A stretch of DNA of 64,000 nt from Paraspadella gotoi (Eukaryota > Animalia > Chaetognatha), in NCBI GenBank assembly GCA_051294375.1, contig CM119266.1, positions 18,470,087 through 18,534,086 of the forward strand. Direction: 5' to 3'. Position numbers and translations under genes: made by a program. The notes beneath the pieces are model-generated. The model had not been told where the DNA came from. It ran no database searches and saw nothing but the letters and a program-made list of their open reading frames with translations. Within the stretch, counting starts at the first letter, position 1; each line of letters starts with the position of its first letter. This document shows positions 23,070-36,540 of this stretch, piece by piece.

Positions 23070-23956
23070 CAGAGAAATGGACCGATTTTGAGTTCAATAA
23101 GAATTTATATTGTAAAGTCAAAGGAAAAAGAAATTGGTTATATGATTTTAATTAAGCCTAAATGAACTATTAACTTTCTTCTACACGAATTATCAAATAG
23201 CAAATATTGATTTTATTTTCCATCCTCGTGAACGATTCCTCGTGATGCTCCGTTTACATCCGCCTTATTAAATTTAAGATAATAAGATGTAGAATCGAAG
23301 ATTGAACTTTGTCTTCATATGAGTCCGAAAAATTAATTTATGACAGTAAGTCTATACGAGGGTATTTTCGATTTTCAATCTCGTATTTTTGATCACGTGT
23401 AACACTTTGCGATCAACGACCTTATTACATGCAAGTATTACTAGTCCTGAGAATTAAATTGTAAGCAAATATTTTGTTAAAAATTACTACAAGAATTATA
23501 CGTAGGTTTATATGTTCCTTCATAGATTAATTGTCGAGTCTCAAAAAAAATTTAACAAATTAGTGTATAGAGAAGTCTCGCCATTGTTTTGGTTTTAATT
23601 TATTCTGGAAATAAATCAGCATAAAATGGTGAACGCATTTTTCCGTCTTTTTCCCCTCGTTCCATTTTGTCACTTCCCGATTCCAATGAAATCAAGATTG
23701 TACCGTTTCTCTGTACTGATTAGAGAACAGCATTTGCGGACGTATTACCAAAACATCGTATATTTTGGTATCAGTGTTCGTTCGTTTGTTTTTTGGAACA
23801 AAATACAAGAAATGTTTTTCTTTCACTTTCGGGATCTTATTTTATAAAAGTTATAAATACCGCGACACGTAGGAAAGTTTCTTTTGATAAATATTTCTAT
23901 ATTGACCAATCATTTTGATTTCTAGTTTTAGTTAGTGAAAGAAAAGAATAAAAAAA

Positions 23957-25089
23957 ATGCCGAAAGGAAAAAAGAAGGGAAAGAAGAAAGCGTCGGAAGA
24001 CGAAGAAGACGAGGAGGAGGAAGGGGAAGAAAAGGAGGAAGAAGAAGTGATAGAGGAAGTTCCAGAGGAGGTTTTGGAGGAGCCTCCGCCTGTGGAGGAG
24101 GAAGAGGAGCCGACTGAAGTAGAAGAGGAACTCACGTGAGTTATGGAGATTAGAGATTGTGTAGAATGGAATAGATGGAATGGAATAGAATAGAATAAAT
24201 TAATATTATAATATTAATAAATCGATTGTTTTTGTTTAGTAAATTTCAAAAATAAAAACAATGCAAATTACTTAAATACGTATTAGCCGGTAAACGTTCT
24301 CTTAAACATGTACGTAAATAAATTATAAAATAATAATGAAATGGCACCTACTACTCTTGCCGCCGTTACATCTAAATCTTAATCTCGTACTCTCTCTTAT
24401 CCTCCAGTACCTCCCAACTCTGCGCATGCGTCCACCTCCTCTCGGGTGAGACTTTCGATTTTCTCGATCATCCCGTCAGGCCAAGACCCGATATTCCCAA
24501 GAAGGCGAGTTTAGGAAAGCTAGAGATATCTGGGGTCGTCCCTCTGGATATAACATTGAAAGTCATTTCATTCAAAACTTCAAACAACAAATATTAATTC
24601 GAAGTAACTTTTTTTCCTTAGGAACTTCTAATCGACGAAGACGCTGAACTCTCCTCCGCCCTCCGCGACCGCGTGGAAGAGCTACAAGCCGACCACGCCA
24701 CCTACTTGCGGCACCACCCCGAGTTGCGGCAAATGCTGCAGGACTTTTTGCAGGAGACGTTGACGAGGAAACCGGAGAAGTTTATCCACTTTGGCCGAAC
24801 GTAAGAATGGGAAGGGGAGAAAGAGGCGTAGAGGAGCTGAGGAATTTCTAGTTTATTTAGCTCTCTCTCTCTTCCTCTTTTTATTTTCCACCTTTCTCCT
24901 GTCGTCCCTTTCATCAGTTACTTCTCCAGCTTCCGCCACGTGCGCCCCGCCCGCCCCGTCCAAACGGAGGAGGCGCCCTCTCCGATTTGCGAGTGCGAGG
25001 AACCGGAGGCGGAGGACGAGTACGATTATTTTCCGGTTGTCAAGAAGCCGACGAACGACTTGTACGTCTTAACAACCTACACAACATGA
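23957..25089 (+). CDS. Small acidic protein with CATIP C-terminal / RIIa-like dimerization-docking domain
   Basis: Exons 23957-24136, 24480-24504, 24622-24800, 24918-25089 give a Glu-rich N-terminus, then PRPDIPKK|ELLIDEDAELSSALRDRVEELQADHATYLRHHPELRQMLQDFLQETLTRKPEKFIHFGRT|YF. This resembles the CATIP/RIIAD1 C-terminal YLRxHPE...DF...RxP...F..YF motif. Needs a GC donor at 24505. Confidence 0.7.
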
Positions 25090-25762
25090 TTTGAAGGACC
25101 TGGGAAAAAATCCAGTATCCATTATGCAGTCGAGGAAAGAAGACTTTGATTCCAACTCGCCAGATCTTTTGTTTTCAATGACTTTGCTCTGGAATTGAAA
25201 ATTCGATACGAGAGAAGGACTGAGTTGTCCACTTGTTTTAAAGGACTTTAAGTTTTATACAGTAACATGAAACGCAATGTGATACATTTACATCCACCCG
25301 GGAATAAATATCTAGTCTTTTATAATCTTTGTTTAAATAATCCCCTTGATTGTCATTTAATTACAGCTTTCTTTCAAACAGTTGGTGAATGCTCGGGCGA
25401 CTTTTAACTTTTCGTTTTCGAATATAAATTTTTCTCAAGACCAGTAACTTAAAGAAAAATTCAGTATCACAAAATGATCTATATAGAACCCTGACTTTCC
25501 TATCTCTTGGTCTCTTTAACCTCTTCGGTCAACATCTCACTTAACTCCCGACTGCGCGCGGACTCCGTACAAACAGAATGCTGCGTTCCGCGACGGAGCC
25601 GCGCTGTGGCTGCTGCCTTTGCATCCGCATCAGCAGCAGCTGAGCGAGAACTGTGGAATATCTTTCTTCTGTCCCGTCGGTTTTGATTTCATGGTTTAAA
25701 AAAAAAGTTTTAAGATCTAAATAAAAAAGCGGATCGTTTAGGTGAGTTTGTATGTTAGTTTT

Positions 25763-25766
<4 letters not shown>

Positions 25767-25828
<62 letters not shown>
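25767..25828. repeat. (CT)n microsatellite in the 5' intron of SPS1
   Basis: Perfect CT run just after the donor ag|gtgagt at ~25742. Confidence 0.9.
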
Positions 25829-25830
<2 letters not shown>

Positions 25831-26291
25831 AGTCAGGCTCGTCAGATTTTCTCCTTTGTTGGAGGGAAAATCCTGTGGATCCATCTTGACTCTGTGGCCA
25901 GAATTCGGTCGAGCCGGTCGAGCCGATCGCGCTGTTTACTCGTTTTGAACGAGACGAGATTTGTCGCTTTTTCCGTGTTTCGCGGTACCCGACTCTACCG
26001 CCAATGTATATTACTATATAAACTGTTAATCGTGATTTAGGATTTAAAAATCCTTGGGACGCCATTTTTGAAAACCGTTGTTCATTTTGAGATAATACGG
26101 GCAAAATGATTTAATACGAATATTATTAATAGTAATAATAATGATTAATTATTAATAATTATTAAGGCAAAAATTTCTTATTCATATTTTTCAAATTTTA
26201 AATCCAGAACCTCAACGCGTTGATTCGCTCGGTGCATCAACTCGCCCACCCCTCCCCCCAGATTTATACTCCTCTTCCTTGACCCGTTACC

Positions 26292-29200
26292 ATGGCGACG
26301 ACGACGGCCCCCGTGATGCAGATGCGCCGCCCCTTCGACCCCGTCGCTCACGACCTCGACGAGAGTTTCCGGTTGACCAAGTTTGTCGACATCCGGGGAA
26401 AGTGCAAGGTGCCGCAGGACGTGGTGCTCAAGCTTCTAGAGGGATTAAAGGACGAAGACCCACAGACAGAGCAGAGCCACTTCCTCTACGCCCACATGCC
26501 GCAGCCCCAGAACCAGATCAACCTCGGGATGGGCTGCAGCGTTTCGCCCACACGGCACGGCGGGCTCAGCCTGGTGCAGGTCACTCGTGGGAGAAGGATA
26601 TTATGATTTATAAAGAAAAAAGGATAAAGAAATATAATAATTAAATTATACAGTTACGAAACGGTTCATAAAAATATTAAACGACTTCATTAATTGAAAA
26701 CTCGCCGGGTCCTGCTCTGTTATTTATTACCTTATTTATTACCCACAATAGCCTGTACACTTTACAGTGTACAGTGTACAAGGATAGTTTATTTGTTTAA
26801 TCTCCCCGTCTCACAATTCTTTCTCTTTCTTTTCCCCCAGACGACGGACTTCTTCTACCCCCTCGTCGACGACCCTTACATGGCGGGGAAGATCGCGGCG
26901 GCGAACGTTTTGAGCGACCTCTACGCGATGGGGGTCATGGAGTGCGACAACATGCTCATGTTGCTTGGTACTAGATTCAATCAATCAATCGATCGATCGA
27001 TCGATCGATCGATCCATCCCAACGCGATCTTTCTCCCTCCTAGGCGTCTCATCCCGAATGTCTGACAAAGAGCGAGAGGTTGTGCTGCCGCTGATGATGC
27101 GCGGCTTCAAGGATTGCGCCGAGGAAGCCCGGACGGGCGTTCAGGTGGAGTGGACGAGGCGTTAAAAAAATGAAAACCTTCGCTGTCACTTCAATATTTG
27201 TTAAGATTAATATTGTAATCAATTATTATTAATATTATTAATATTGATATTAATAAAAAAATGTAAACCAGGGAGGCCAGACGGTGATCAACCCATGGCT
27301 GACGGTCGGCGGCGTCGCCACTTCCGTCTGCCAGAACAACGAGTTTATTCCGCCCGACAACGCCGTCGTCGGAGACGTCCTCGTTCTCACCAAACCATTG
27401 GGGACGCAGGTGAGGAAGAAAGTGTTTGGGACTCCCATGAGAACATGAGGTGGTTTGAATTAGAGGCAGTTGCCGCTTTTAAGATCTAACGATCTTTTAA
27501 AGCATTATGCCAATACTGTTGTTTAAACATCGCGTCGACTAGCGGTAAAACTAAAACGAATATCTTCTATTCTCACCGCCAGGTGGCCGTGAACGCCCAC
27601 GCTTGGCTCGACCAAAAGGACCGGTGGAACCGAATCAAACTGGTCGTGTCCGAGGACGACGTCCGCAAAGGATATCAACGAGCGATGCACTCTATGGCCA
27701 GACTCAACTGCATGGCGGCCAAGATGATGCACAAGTACAACGCGCACGGCGCCACGGACGTCAGCGGGTAGGGATGAGGGGAAAGAGTGCGATGGGATGG
27801 AAGAACGGGAGGAGATATGAAATGATACCGAGTTACGCTATTTTGATCTCACTTTTAAAATTACGTCTTCTTCATCATTAAGTTACGGTCTCCTTGGCCA
27901 CGCTCAAAACCTATCGCGAATTCAAAAGAACGAAGTGTCCTTCGTTATTCATAATCTCCCCATCATCGCCAAGATGGCCGCCATCTCCAAAGCCTGCGGC
28001 AACATGTTCGGGTTGTTACAGGTGAGGATTCAATCGCCTATTTTATTAAGGATTTACTCGGTAGTCATGGCAACAATTTTGTCGCTGTTAATTAAATCGT
28101 TGTACAAATTGTATTGATTTTGTTTTGATTTTTCATTTCGAAATTTTTGTTTTATAATAATCTTCCTCCTTCCGCGTCTTTGACTACATTTTGTTCATGT
28201 TTTAATTCGTTTATATTTTCTCCCTCCTTCTTCGTATTTGTTTTCGTCTCGACATCTTATAATCCCAAACGTCATCCTTCAGCAACAGCAGAGATTTTCG
28301 TTGGCATTGGCGTTGACATTCTGAACCGTCCCTCCTCGTCTCTTGGCGTTGATGTTCTTTTGGTTTTCTCCTTTGACTCCTTCATCCTTGGCGCTGCTCC
28401 GTCTGGCGTTCACCACTTTCGCCGTCCGTTTGCTGACGCTGAAACTGTCGTCGTGGAAGTAAGAAAGGGAGAGATAGAAGAAGGCTCGGATCACACTTCG
28501 AATTCTTCCTCGACTAAACAACCTGGTGATACCGAAACAGTCTTTCCAAAATCTTCTTTTCCTTGTCACCGCCTTCTGCGGTTGTTCGCCACTGCCGCTC
28601 CGTCCTCCGCCGCTGCCGCCGCCGGCGATGCTAGAATCTTTGGTGGCGTCGCCGGTCGTTTCTCCAGCTTCGACAAAGCCGGGCGCGTTAGTTATGTCGC
28701 CGTTGACGCCGCTCTTTTTTGCGGCGTTGTTCGACCCCAATTTGGTATCGACTTCCGTATTTGGCGTTCTGTAAAGAAACGCTTGACGTTTCAGTTTGTT
28801 TAAAATTAGATATATTTGGTAATAAAATGAGCCTTGAATTAAGTGGCTTAATGATGATACTGTGTACAATTATTCTTCAGTTATCCTAATCCTCAACAAA
28901 ATACAATTATCCTAATGTTTAACAATTACGCTGCACTTATCCTAATCCGCGTTCCTCAAATCACATCTCACAAACTTGTTCTCGTCTTTCTGCCCTTGTC
29001 TTTCTATCTCATCCTCGCCGGAATCGGCGTTATCGACTCCCTCGTTTGTGACTTCGGCGTTGTTGTTGACGTCATCTTCGTCTTTGATATCCGCGACATT
29101 TTCGTGATCAATGACAGGGCTGTGAGTTGCGGCGTCATCCGTCTCGTCGACGTCGGTCGCGTTTGAATTATTCGACGCCTCGATTTCATTACTGCCGTCG

Positions 29201-30658
29201 TTTTTTGGCAGTAGAATGGAGGTGTCGGTGACGTTGTCGGTGACGTTGTTGGCATTTCCGTCGCCAGTGACGATCTCTCGCAGGTGAATATTCTCGACTT
29301 CGACAACAGAATTCTCCTCATTTTTCTCGTCTTCGTCTCGGATTGGGTTCGTCACCGACTTGTCGGCCGCTTCACTCGCGTCGGCCTCTTCACTCGCGTC
29401 GGCCTCTTCACTCGCGTCGGCCTCTTCCCTCGCATCGGCATAGAATTCCCCAGGTTCTTCTGTGTCCGTAAATTTCAAGTTTTTTACGTTGGTCAATTGT
29501 CGGTCCGCGTCGGCGCCTTCCTCCTCCTTGTCGGCGCCTTCCTCCTCCTTGTCGGCGCCGTCCTCCACCTTTGCGTCGGCGCCGTCCTCTTTTGCGTCGG
29601 TAGACGCCTCTTCCCTCTGTCCCTTTTCGTCGCCAAAGTCTTTCTCCTCCACGATAATGGGATCGTCGTCGTCATTGTTGTTGTTGTTTTCCTCATATTC
29701 TTTGACCGATTCGTTGTTGTTGTTATTCTCTTCTTTTTCGTATTTTTCCTCTTCTTCCATATTGTTCTCTTCTTTGTTCCTGTTCTCCGCGGCCATCGAC
29801 GGGAGTTCTATCTCGACGATTTCTACGAAGTTGTCGTTGTTCGAACTCAAGATGTTCCACTCGAACAAATCCATCCTTTTTCGATCTCTTGATATTAAAT
29901 TAAATCCTTTTTTTCAATTAAAATAAATAAACAAGAAGAAAGGAAATTTCGGCGAGGGTCGACTAAGCTGAGGGGGAGTCGGTATGGCCTCGGGGTAGAG
30001 GGAGAGAGTTTTCAAATGCGTCTAGGCTGCGTGATATGATAGATAGCGCTGGCTTACGAAAATAATTAATTATTGATAATTATTGATATACGTTTTATGG
30101 TCTAAACTGAGATTAAATTAATTAAATTAGTCTTGAAAGTTGTCTTTCTTATCACAGATGGCAATTAGAAATGTGATAGCGTACAGATTAGTTGTTTGAA
30201 AAAAAGCATTGTGTGTTCAGCTAAACATTACTTTCTTTCTCGTCGACAGGGAACTTCGGCGGAAACGAGCGGCGGTTTGCTCATTTGTCTGCCAAGAGAA
30301 CAAGCGGCCGCGTTTTGCAAAGACATAGAAAAAACAGAAAATTGTCAGGTGATATTGAGTGACAGTGAATTAAATTCGTGTTATATTTAAATCTTCCCAT
30401 CCCTTTCCAAAACAAATTCTCTGTTTGAACCTGGTAGAAAAATAATAATCAGTCTCTTCAACTTGCTGTTTAATTTATTGATAAAAACTTAAATTATTTT
30501 TATCCAATTCTGCTTTAATTAAATGCTGAAAAACCCTTTCTTAATTTTAGGCTTGGATCATCGGAATCGTGGAAAAGGGGAACCGAACGGCGAGGATCAT
30601 TGATAAACCGAGAGTCATCGAAGTTCCCGCCAAAGAAAAGGACGGAGAGCTCTGGTAG
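26292..30658 (+). CDS. SPS1: Selenophosphate synthetase (SelD family), non-Sec SPS1-type
   Basis: Exons 26292-26579, 26841-26967, 27044-27144, 27272-27409, 27583-27767, 27883-28021, 30250-30348, 30551-30658. Motifs [126 protein letters not shown]. Confidence 0.95.
28279..29874 (-). CDS. Nested antisense gene in SPS1 intron 6: acidic low-complexity protein
   Basis: 310-codon E/D/N-rich ORF 29874-28942 with internal repeats (EEADAS x3, EEEGAD x2), plus ORF 28768-28279 preceded by the acceptor tttctttacag. Phase-2 join AA|gtttgt (28976) to 28768. Confidence 0.6.
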
Positions 30659-32699
30659 AACTTACCTTTTGGAAACTGTCAATAAGTAGAACAAGTTAGT
30701 GTTAGCTTTCCTCTCAGTCACCAATCTAGTTGTTACTAGCTTTCGTTAAGACATTTAACGAAACTAATAGAAAGCTAGATACGAACGTTCCTCTTAAAAA
30801 CTTGATTACAAATGATTTAAACTTTGTTTATCTCAAGATATTTCGAATTGATTTTGTTGATGGCGGAATCTTGTAACTCGACTATTTCTTTTTTTTAAAT
30901 TCATTTTATTGTTCCTATAAACCAATGAACATTGATTCCTAATTAAACGCTTTTTGTAAATACGTATTTCCTTTAGTTCAACTGTGAACTTAATTTTTCT
31001 TTTGTGATACTTGGCATTTTTCTTTGTTTTCACAATACAACATATTTTCAAGCGAAATATTAATTTTTAGGATTCTGCTAGTTTTCTGGTTATTTTAGTC
31101 TTCATTGTGATATCAAAATGGAGCAATAAAGTTTATACTTATAAGTAGGGATTAAGACGTGAGACGTCGGGTGAATTAATCGTATTTACTTCGCTTTGAA
31201 TTTCACTAAAATAAAAACTATTGCTCTGTGACGTAAGATGTTATTTTCTTATTTGTTATCAGTTAGTCTACGAAACTTATACATATAAATTCGTTATATA
31301 TATTCTTTCAACATCACATTTTGCTGTTTGGGGAGTCAAAAATGTCCGAATTAATATCGATCTTTGTTCAAATATTTTTGTTAACGACGTTTCGCTGCAC
31401 TGTTGTCTGACATTTGAATAGATCGATCTTTGGCGACATCCAAAAAAAAGATTTGATACAAATCCGACACTGAACAAAAGTCACTGCACTGCATTGCAGT
31501 CTGCTTTTGGTCATTACTTCACATCCTTTTCACGTTGTGTATAATGAACTAATTTATTTATTATACTAATTTTATTATTCTGGAATATAATTTATTAGAG
31601 AAGGACCCATAAAGGTTGAAGGCCCTGAAGGAATTAATGTTTGAAAAGGGGCCAAAAGATTTTCTCCATTCTGCAGTCGAAGAAGTGAACAAAGGACTCA
31701 TTATTTTGAATCCTTTTTCTTCCGTTTTGACCTCTTCCTTTCACGACGACGAATGAAACCTCAAAACCACTTGACACAATTGACCCATAGGAGCCGAGGT
31801 CGTTCCCGTTTCAGAACCTTCGTCACCCGGATTAAAAGTGTGGGTCCGTTGGTTAAAACACCTGGACGCCAATTGAAGCCAGGCATGATGAAAGCAAAAG
31901 ATTGCGATGAATACAGGGTCTCCGGTCGAGAGGGCGGCGAGAGAACGGGCAAGTCCGTACGAGGATCTCAAAAGGGGCCTCGGAAGGAAAATAAACTGGA
32001 GCTAGAATTTGTCGTGTGTTTTCATCGATATCCCTTTCCTGCGCCACGGAAATCCCTTTCTTTAAATCTCTATTACTGACCTTTTGATGACGTGTGGAGC
32101 CAGAAAATGGCGTATGTCGCCAGGCTTTTGGCGCCAGAAGATTAGAATTGGCGCGCGTTGGGATGCCAGGTGTTAAGGTGGACCGAGGGTTGCCATGGGG
32201 TCACCTTTACAACAATACCCTCTTGCCTAGTTTTCATTAGACGCCGAAAATACCTTTTGAGAGACCCAAGACCACAACAATATCGCCATTGACACTCGGC
32301 ATTTTTATTTAAGAGGAAAGGTCATTTAGCATAACAATACGTAATCATTGATGTATTAGAGCTAATATATCGAGAAATACATTATAGTCATCAGTAATGA
32401 CAAAAAAAATAAGTTTTTATTTATATGTAAACATTCTGTTTTCAATCATTTTTTTTTTTTAATCAGTAAATAAAACAAAATTGTTAAGTTAATTGGGTAA
32501 GCACATTTTTTAAAGATTTGTTTTTCAATCTGGTTGTTAAAAAATTCTAGGTAAGAAGTTAAAAAACGGTATGGGATAATTTAGAAGGGGAGAATTAAAC
32601 AATTAATCTTGTTACTCTGTTGGTTTTCCAGTCATGAACAAAATCTTCAGTTATATAGATGGTAAAGAAATTCGAGCTACAATGAATCTACACTGAATT

Positions 32700-32972
32700 T
32701 GAAGAGTTGCAGCCTAAACTACTGCAATAATATTGATTTAAAAATTTGATGAGCAATCTTAAAAACACTTGTAAAAATGTAATAGAGAGACATTTTGATA
32801 AACGCGTTCCAGTTAGGAAGAATTCAGGGTTAAAGTTTAAAAACGTTTCATTTTCAAGGATACAAGTTGAAATTTAAAAATGTCTCTCTATTACATTTTT
32901 CTAATTCAGTAATAAAAAATTCATAAAAAATGTCAGATGGATTGGCTTTTTCATTTGACCTGCAACTCTTCA
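32700..32972. repeat. Inverted-repeat (foldback/MITE-like) element
   Basis: Perfect 24-bp IR aaaaatgtaatagagagacatttt (32773-96) / 32877-900, and an outer 13-bp IR tgaagagttgcag (32700) / ctgcaactcttca (32960). Confidence 0.6.
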
Positions 32973-35900
32973 GATAGGTTTCTTTTATTTTATATTATAA
33001 TTAAAACCGATATAAAATGGCGTAGAATGCATCAAATGTTTAAAGTAAATACATTTTTGGAATCGCCAGGAGCTTTTGTACTCCATTTTGGCATATTTTG
33101 AAGTTGATTTGAATAACCCTTTTTCTTAAAGAGTCTTCTTCCTAACGAATTGAATCGGTCTGACCGCCACCGCCCTGTCGAACTCTCTAACCGAGACTGA
33201 AGAGCGTAGAAGATTTATTCTAGATTTAGAGCAATGGATTGCGGGAGGGCAAGGGAAGGTTGGGGAAAAAGCCCGTCCGGTGGGGGGCTGGAGCATGGCC
33301 TTCCTTGTTACCCGTCCAAACTGATGCGGAGTGTACACTGTACAGTGTACAGTGTACACGGACGGACGCGTCGACCGGCGGAGAATTAGATTTACGATCC
33401 TCTCTCTCTCTCTCTCCAGGGGCGAAGAACTTCGCTGACGCAACCCGAAGTAATCACCTTCCCGCCTTCCACTCATCATTTTCGAGTTATGACCAATTTG
33501 ATGGTCATCGCTAAGTTAAGTATTGCTACTAAATTATGATCCTGTTTCTAATCACCACTCGAGAAATTAACGATCAATAGAGTTGCCAAACTGTCTTCTA
33601 AAAGCGAAAGTTGTACCATCGCGAATCCCGAGGTTTTATGTAATGATCGAGTCTTTTATTACAAGTTAAATGAAGTCTACGCTCTAGGAACTCTTTAAAA
33701 TGACAACTCTCTTCGTAGAGACGACGATTAAAATAATAACCCAACTCGTAATCTTGACCCTCGAAACGAGAATGTTAATCGTTTTTCGTCGTCGTCGTCG
33801 TCGAAGTAGTCTTAGTTATCTTCGTTGTCGTCGTCGTTTCTTCTGCGTTCTGGTGGCTTCTTTTTTTTTTTCTTTTTCTTTTCAGAAGAGAAAGTCAATT
33901 GTTGGCGAAGACAATAGGGCTTTTTGTGAGAAAAGGGGGGGAAAAAGGGGAAAAAAAGTTGTTTTCGATATTTTGGTTGTTGTTGTTCCTTTTGTTTTAG
34001 TTGATGACTTTTAAGGTAGTCATTAGATTAGTATATGTTTGATCTACTTCATTGCTATATATTTGCATGATTAATATTACCAGCGTTTGAGAATTTGAAG
34101 TATATATATATATATATATTTACTTACAGTTCACGAGTTTTGAATTCACTTTTTGATTACTGAATTAGACTTTGTATTTCTTTATCTGTTTATTGTTGAT
34201 GATTCCTGTTAATGAATCCAACTTTTTAAATTAAATAAACTTCTCATTAACAAAATCCGAAAATGTCGAGACGGGCGTTTTATACTAAGTGAAAATAAAA
34301 ACAAACGGAAAGAAATGATCCGTACTGTGCACTGTGCAGTGTGCAGGTTTTTACTCTAGGGTAAGAGAAAAAATTGTAGCTTTAATCCTTTTTAAGTAAC
34401 AGAATTTCAAAAAGAAAGAAAAATAAACTATTTTTTGATCAAGCATGTTTTCTTACTTCTATAATCTATTAATCCAAGCATGAATGGCAAAATGTAAACA
34501 AAACAAGGGTATAAAATCCTCGTTAACCTTAATTTAAAGCGTGAAACAAATTTTTTACCCTAACCAAGATATGTCGCTCCGCGCTTAGAAAAAAATCCGA
34601 AAGAACGAAGCGGTTTCTGATAATTTTGGTTCCTAGCAATTTTTGCACCAGTAGCGCAGTAAATATTACAAAACCATGGATGATTTCTGAAACTGCAGTG
34701 TTTGGGCTATCCAACGCAGCCGGAACAAAGAAAATCCATAAAGGTTTTGACTAATTTCCTTTTGAATTTTTTGTTATTTTGCGGTATTTATTGTAGAAGT
34801 CAAATAAATATACAGCGGTCATGCACTGATTCCGATTCTGTTGGGTTTAGCCTATCTTTCAAGAACATAACGAAAAAAATAACTTGACGTCATAGTAAGA
34901 AATAATAGCAATTATTCCAAATTTTTTCTCAAAATTTTTCATCATTTTTCTTTATTACTGTTTTTGCCAAACATGCCCTTTAAAATTATAAAAATAAAAG
35001 GTAAATTTTGTTGACGGAACAAAGAAAATTCATTGATATCATAGTCTCAATATGGAGTCTTGAAATACCTCATTTTCTTCGTAATTTACTCCTTTATTGA
35101 AAAAGGCCTTGTATTATAATAAAAATTGAAAACAACAATTTAACCATACAGCTTCATGCATTAGTGTGTTATTGAAAGATTGTAGTGGTTTTTTAATAAA
35201 AATTGTTTATATTAATATAGCTAATGGGCAATATGCAAATTTGCAAATTTGCACCTGAAGATGACCAAAATTTAAAAATATGATAATACAGTCTTTTAGC
35301 CCTATGTCAGTAGTTTTTAAATCAGGGAGAACAAAGTTTGAACTCCTAAATTTTCATATTTAAATCATATGTTTTTTAAGGTTGTTTAATGATTTTTTAA
35401 TTATTTTTTCTTTTCAACAAAATTATAATTTATTATCCTTAGTAATTATATAAACGTTTGAGGTATAGATAATCTTAGTTTGCATAATAAACATAATTCA
35501 ATCTTTTCTCTTTCAGAATCTTTATTTTTTTATTTTTTTAAATACGGCCAAGTATGTTTAATTTAATTTCAAACGTTGTTATACTTTTGACTAAGATTTC
35601 GATACAGAATAAAGAAAAAATCCTTTGAAACGTTTGAGAAAAATTATATGGAAAAGATGCCCCAAAATTATGGCTTTAATATGATACCAGTCTCATCGTT
35701 CTATCATTTTTGTTTCAAAAGATATCAAAGAAAATCATTTTTTTTATTACCAATTTAGTCACTCGGCCGAAGCTAAAAATTTAAGTTGAACCAAAAGAAA
35801 ATTTAACCAACGCAGATTTGTTTTAAAAATTGGGCGTGAAAAATGACCATTTTTTAAAGATTAGTTTTCAATGCGTGAATCAATTGATATGAAATGTTGC

Positions 35901-36540
35901 ATCAACAATATTGACATCATTTCCTATCAGTAAATGTAAAAATATTTAAAATAACATTATAAACGACCAGGTAACTTGCCTATCTCGCTAACCGTCTTTT
36001 CTTCAACTTGAAGATGCTTTTCTCTTTATGCGTCTTCGTTTTGTTTACATAACAATCTTTCGACGTCGCCTATAACGCAAAGTGAACATACGTACTTAAT
36101 CGCTCGCTCTCTGCATATGATTTTTTTTTAAAAGTTGTATCAGTTTAGTAAGATTCTTCCGCAAAGGTTGGGCGAATTAATGAGCCGAACGATCATCAAA
36201 TGAAATTCTTCTTAGGACCAGATTCAAGATAATTGTCTGCTCGACCCAAATCTTGTCGTCCGGGTGTCGTTGGTTGAAGTCAATTTCCTCGGCCGAATCT
36301 CGCCGACGAGTCGAAACGGAACGATAGATATTAAATGTTCATTAAAGTTCTTTAAAATCTCGTGTTATTTTAAAATAAAAAAAAAAGAGAAAGAAAGTAA
36401 GAGGGAGTGAGGAAAGGAAGGAATCGCGAATCTAAGAACGAAAAGAGCGCAAGTGACATAAGAAGATGAAAATTTCAGGTTTTAATCTTATAAATTCAAT
36501 TTTTAAATCAGGTCAGCTTTGATTAAAAATTTAAGGTTAT

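Noticed and set aside
28279-28290. CCC-TGA as possible selenocysteine readthrough in the nested gene
   Set aside because: No SECIS seen, and the downstream frame has no recognisable content; location inside SPS1 alone is not evidence.
30659-31200. SECIS element downstream of the SPS gene
   Set aside because: No ATGA..AA..GA stem-loop with correct spacing found by eye, and the CDS has no in-frame TGA.
31741-32200. GC-rich block with short ORFs and minus-strand splice-like signals
   Set aside because: Could not assemble a consistent reading frame or recognise a domain.
35252-35275. Hammerhead ribozyme core (ctgaagatga)
   Set aside because: No stem II or GAAA partner follows.
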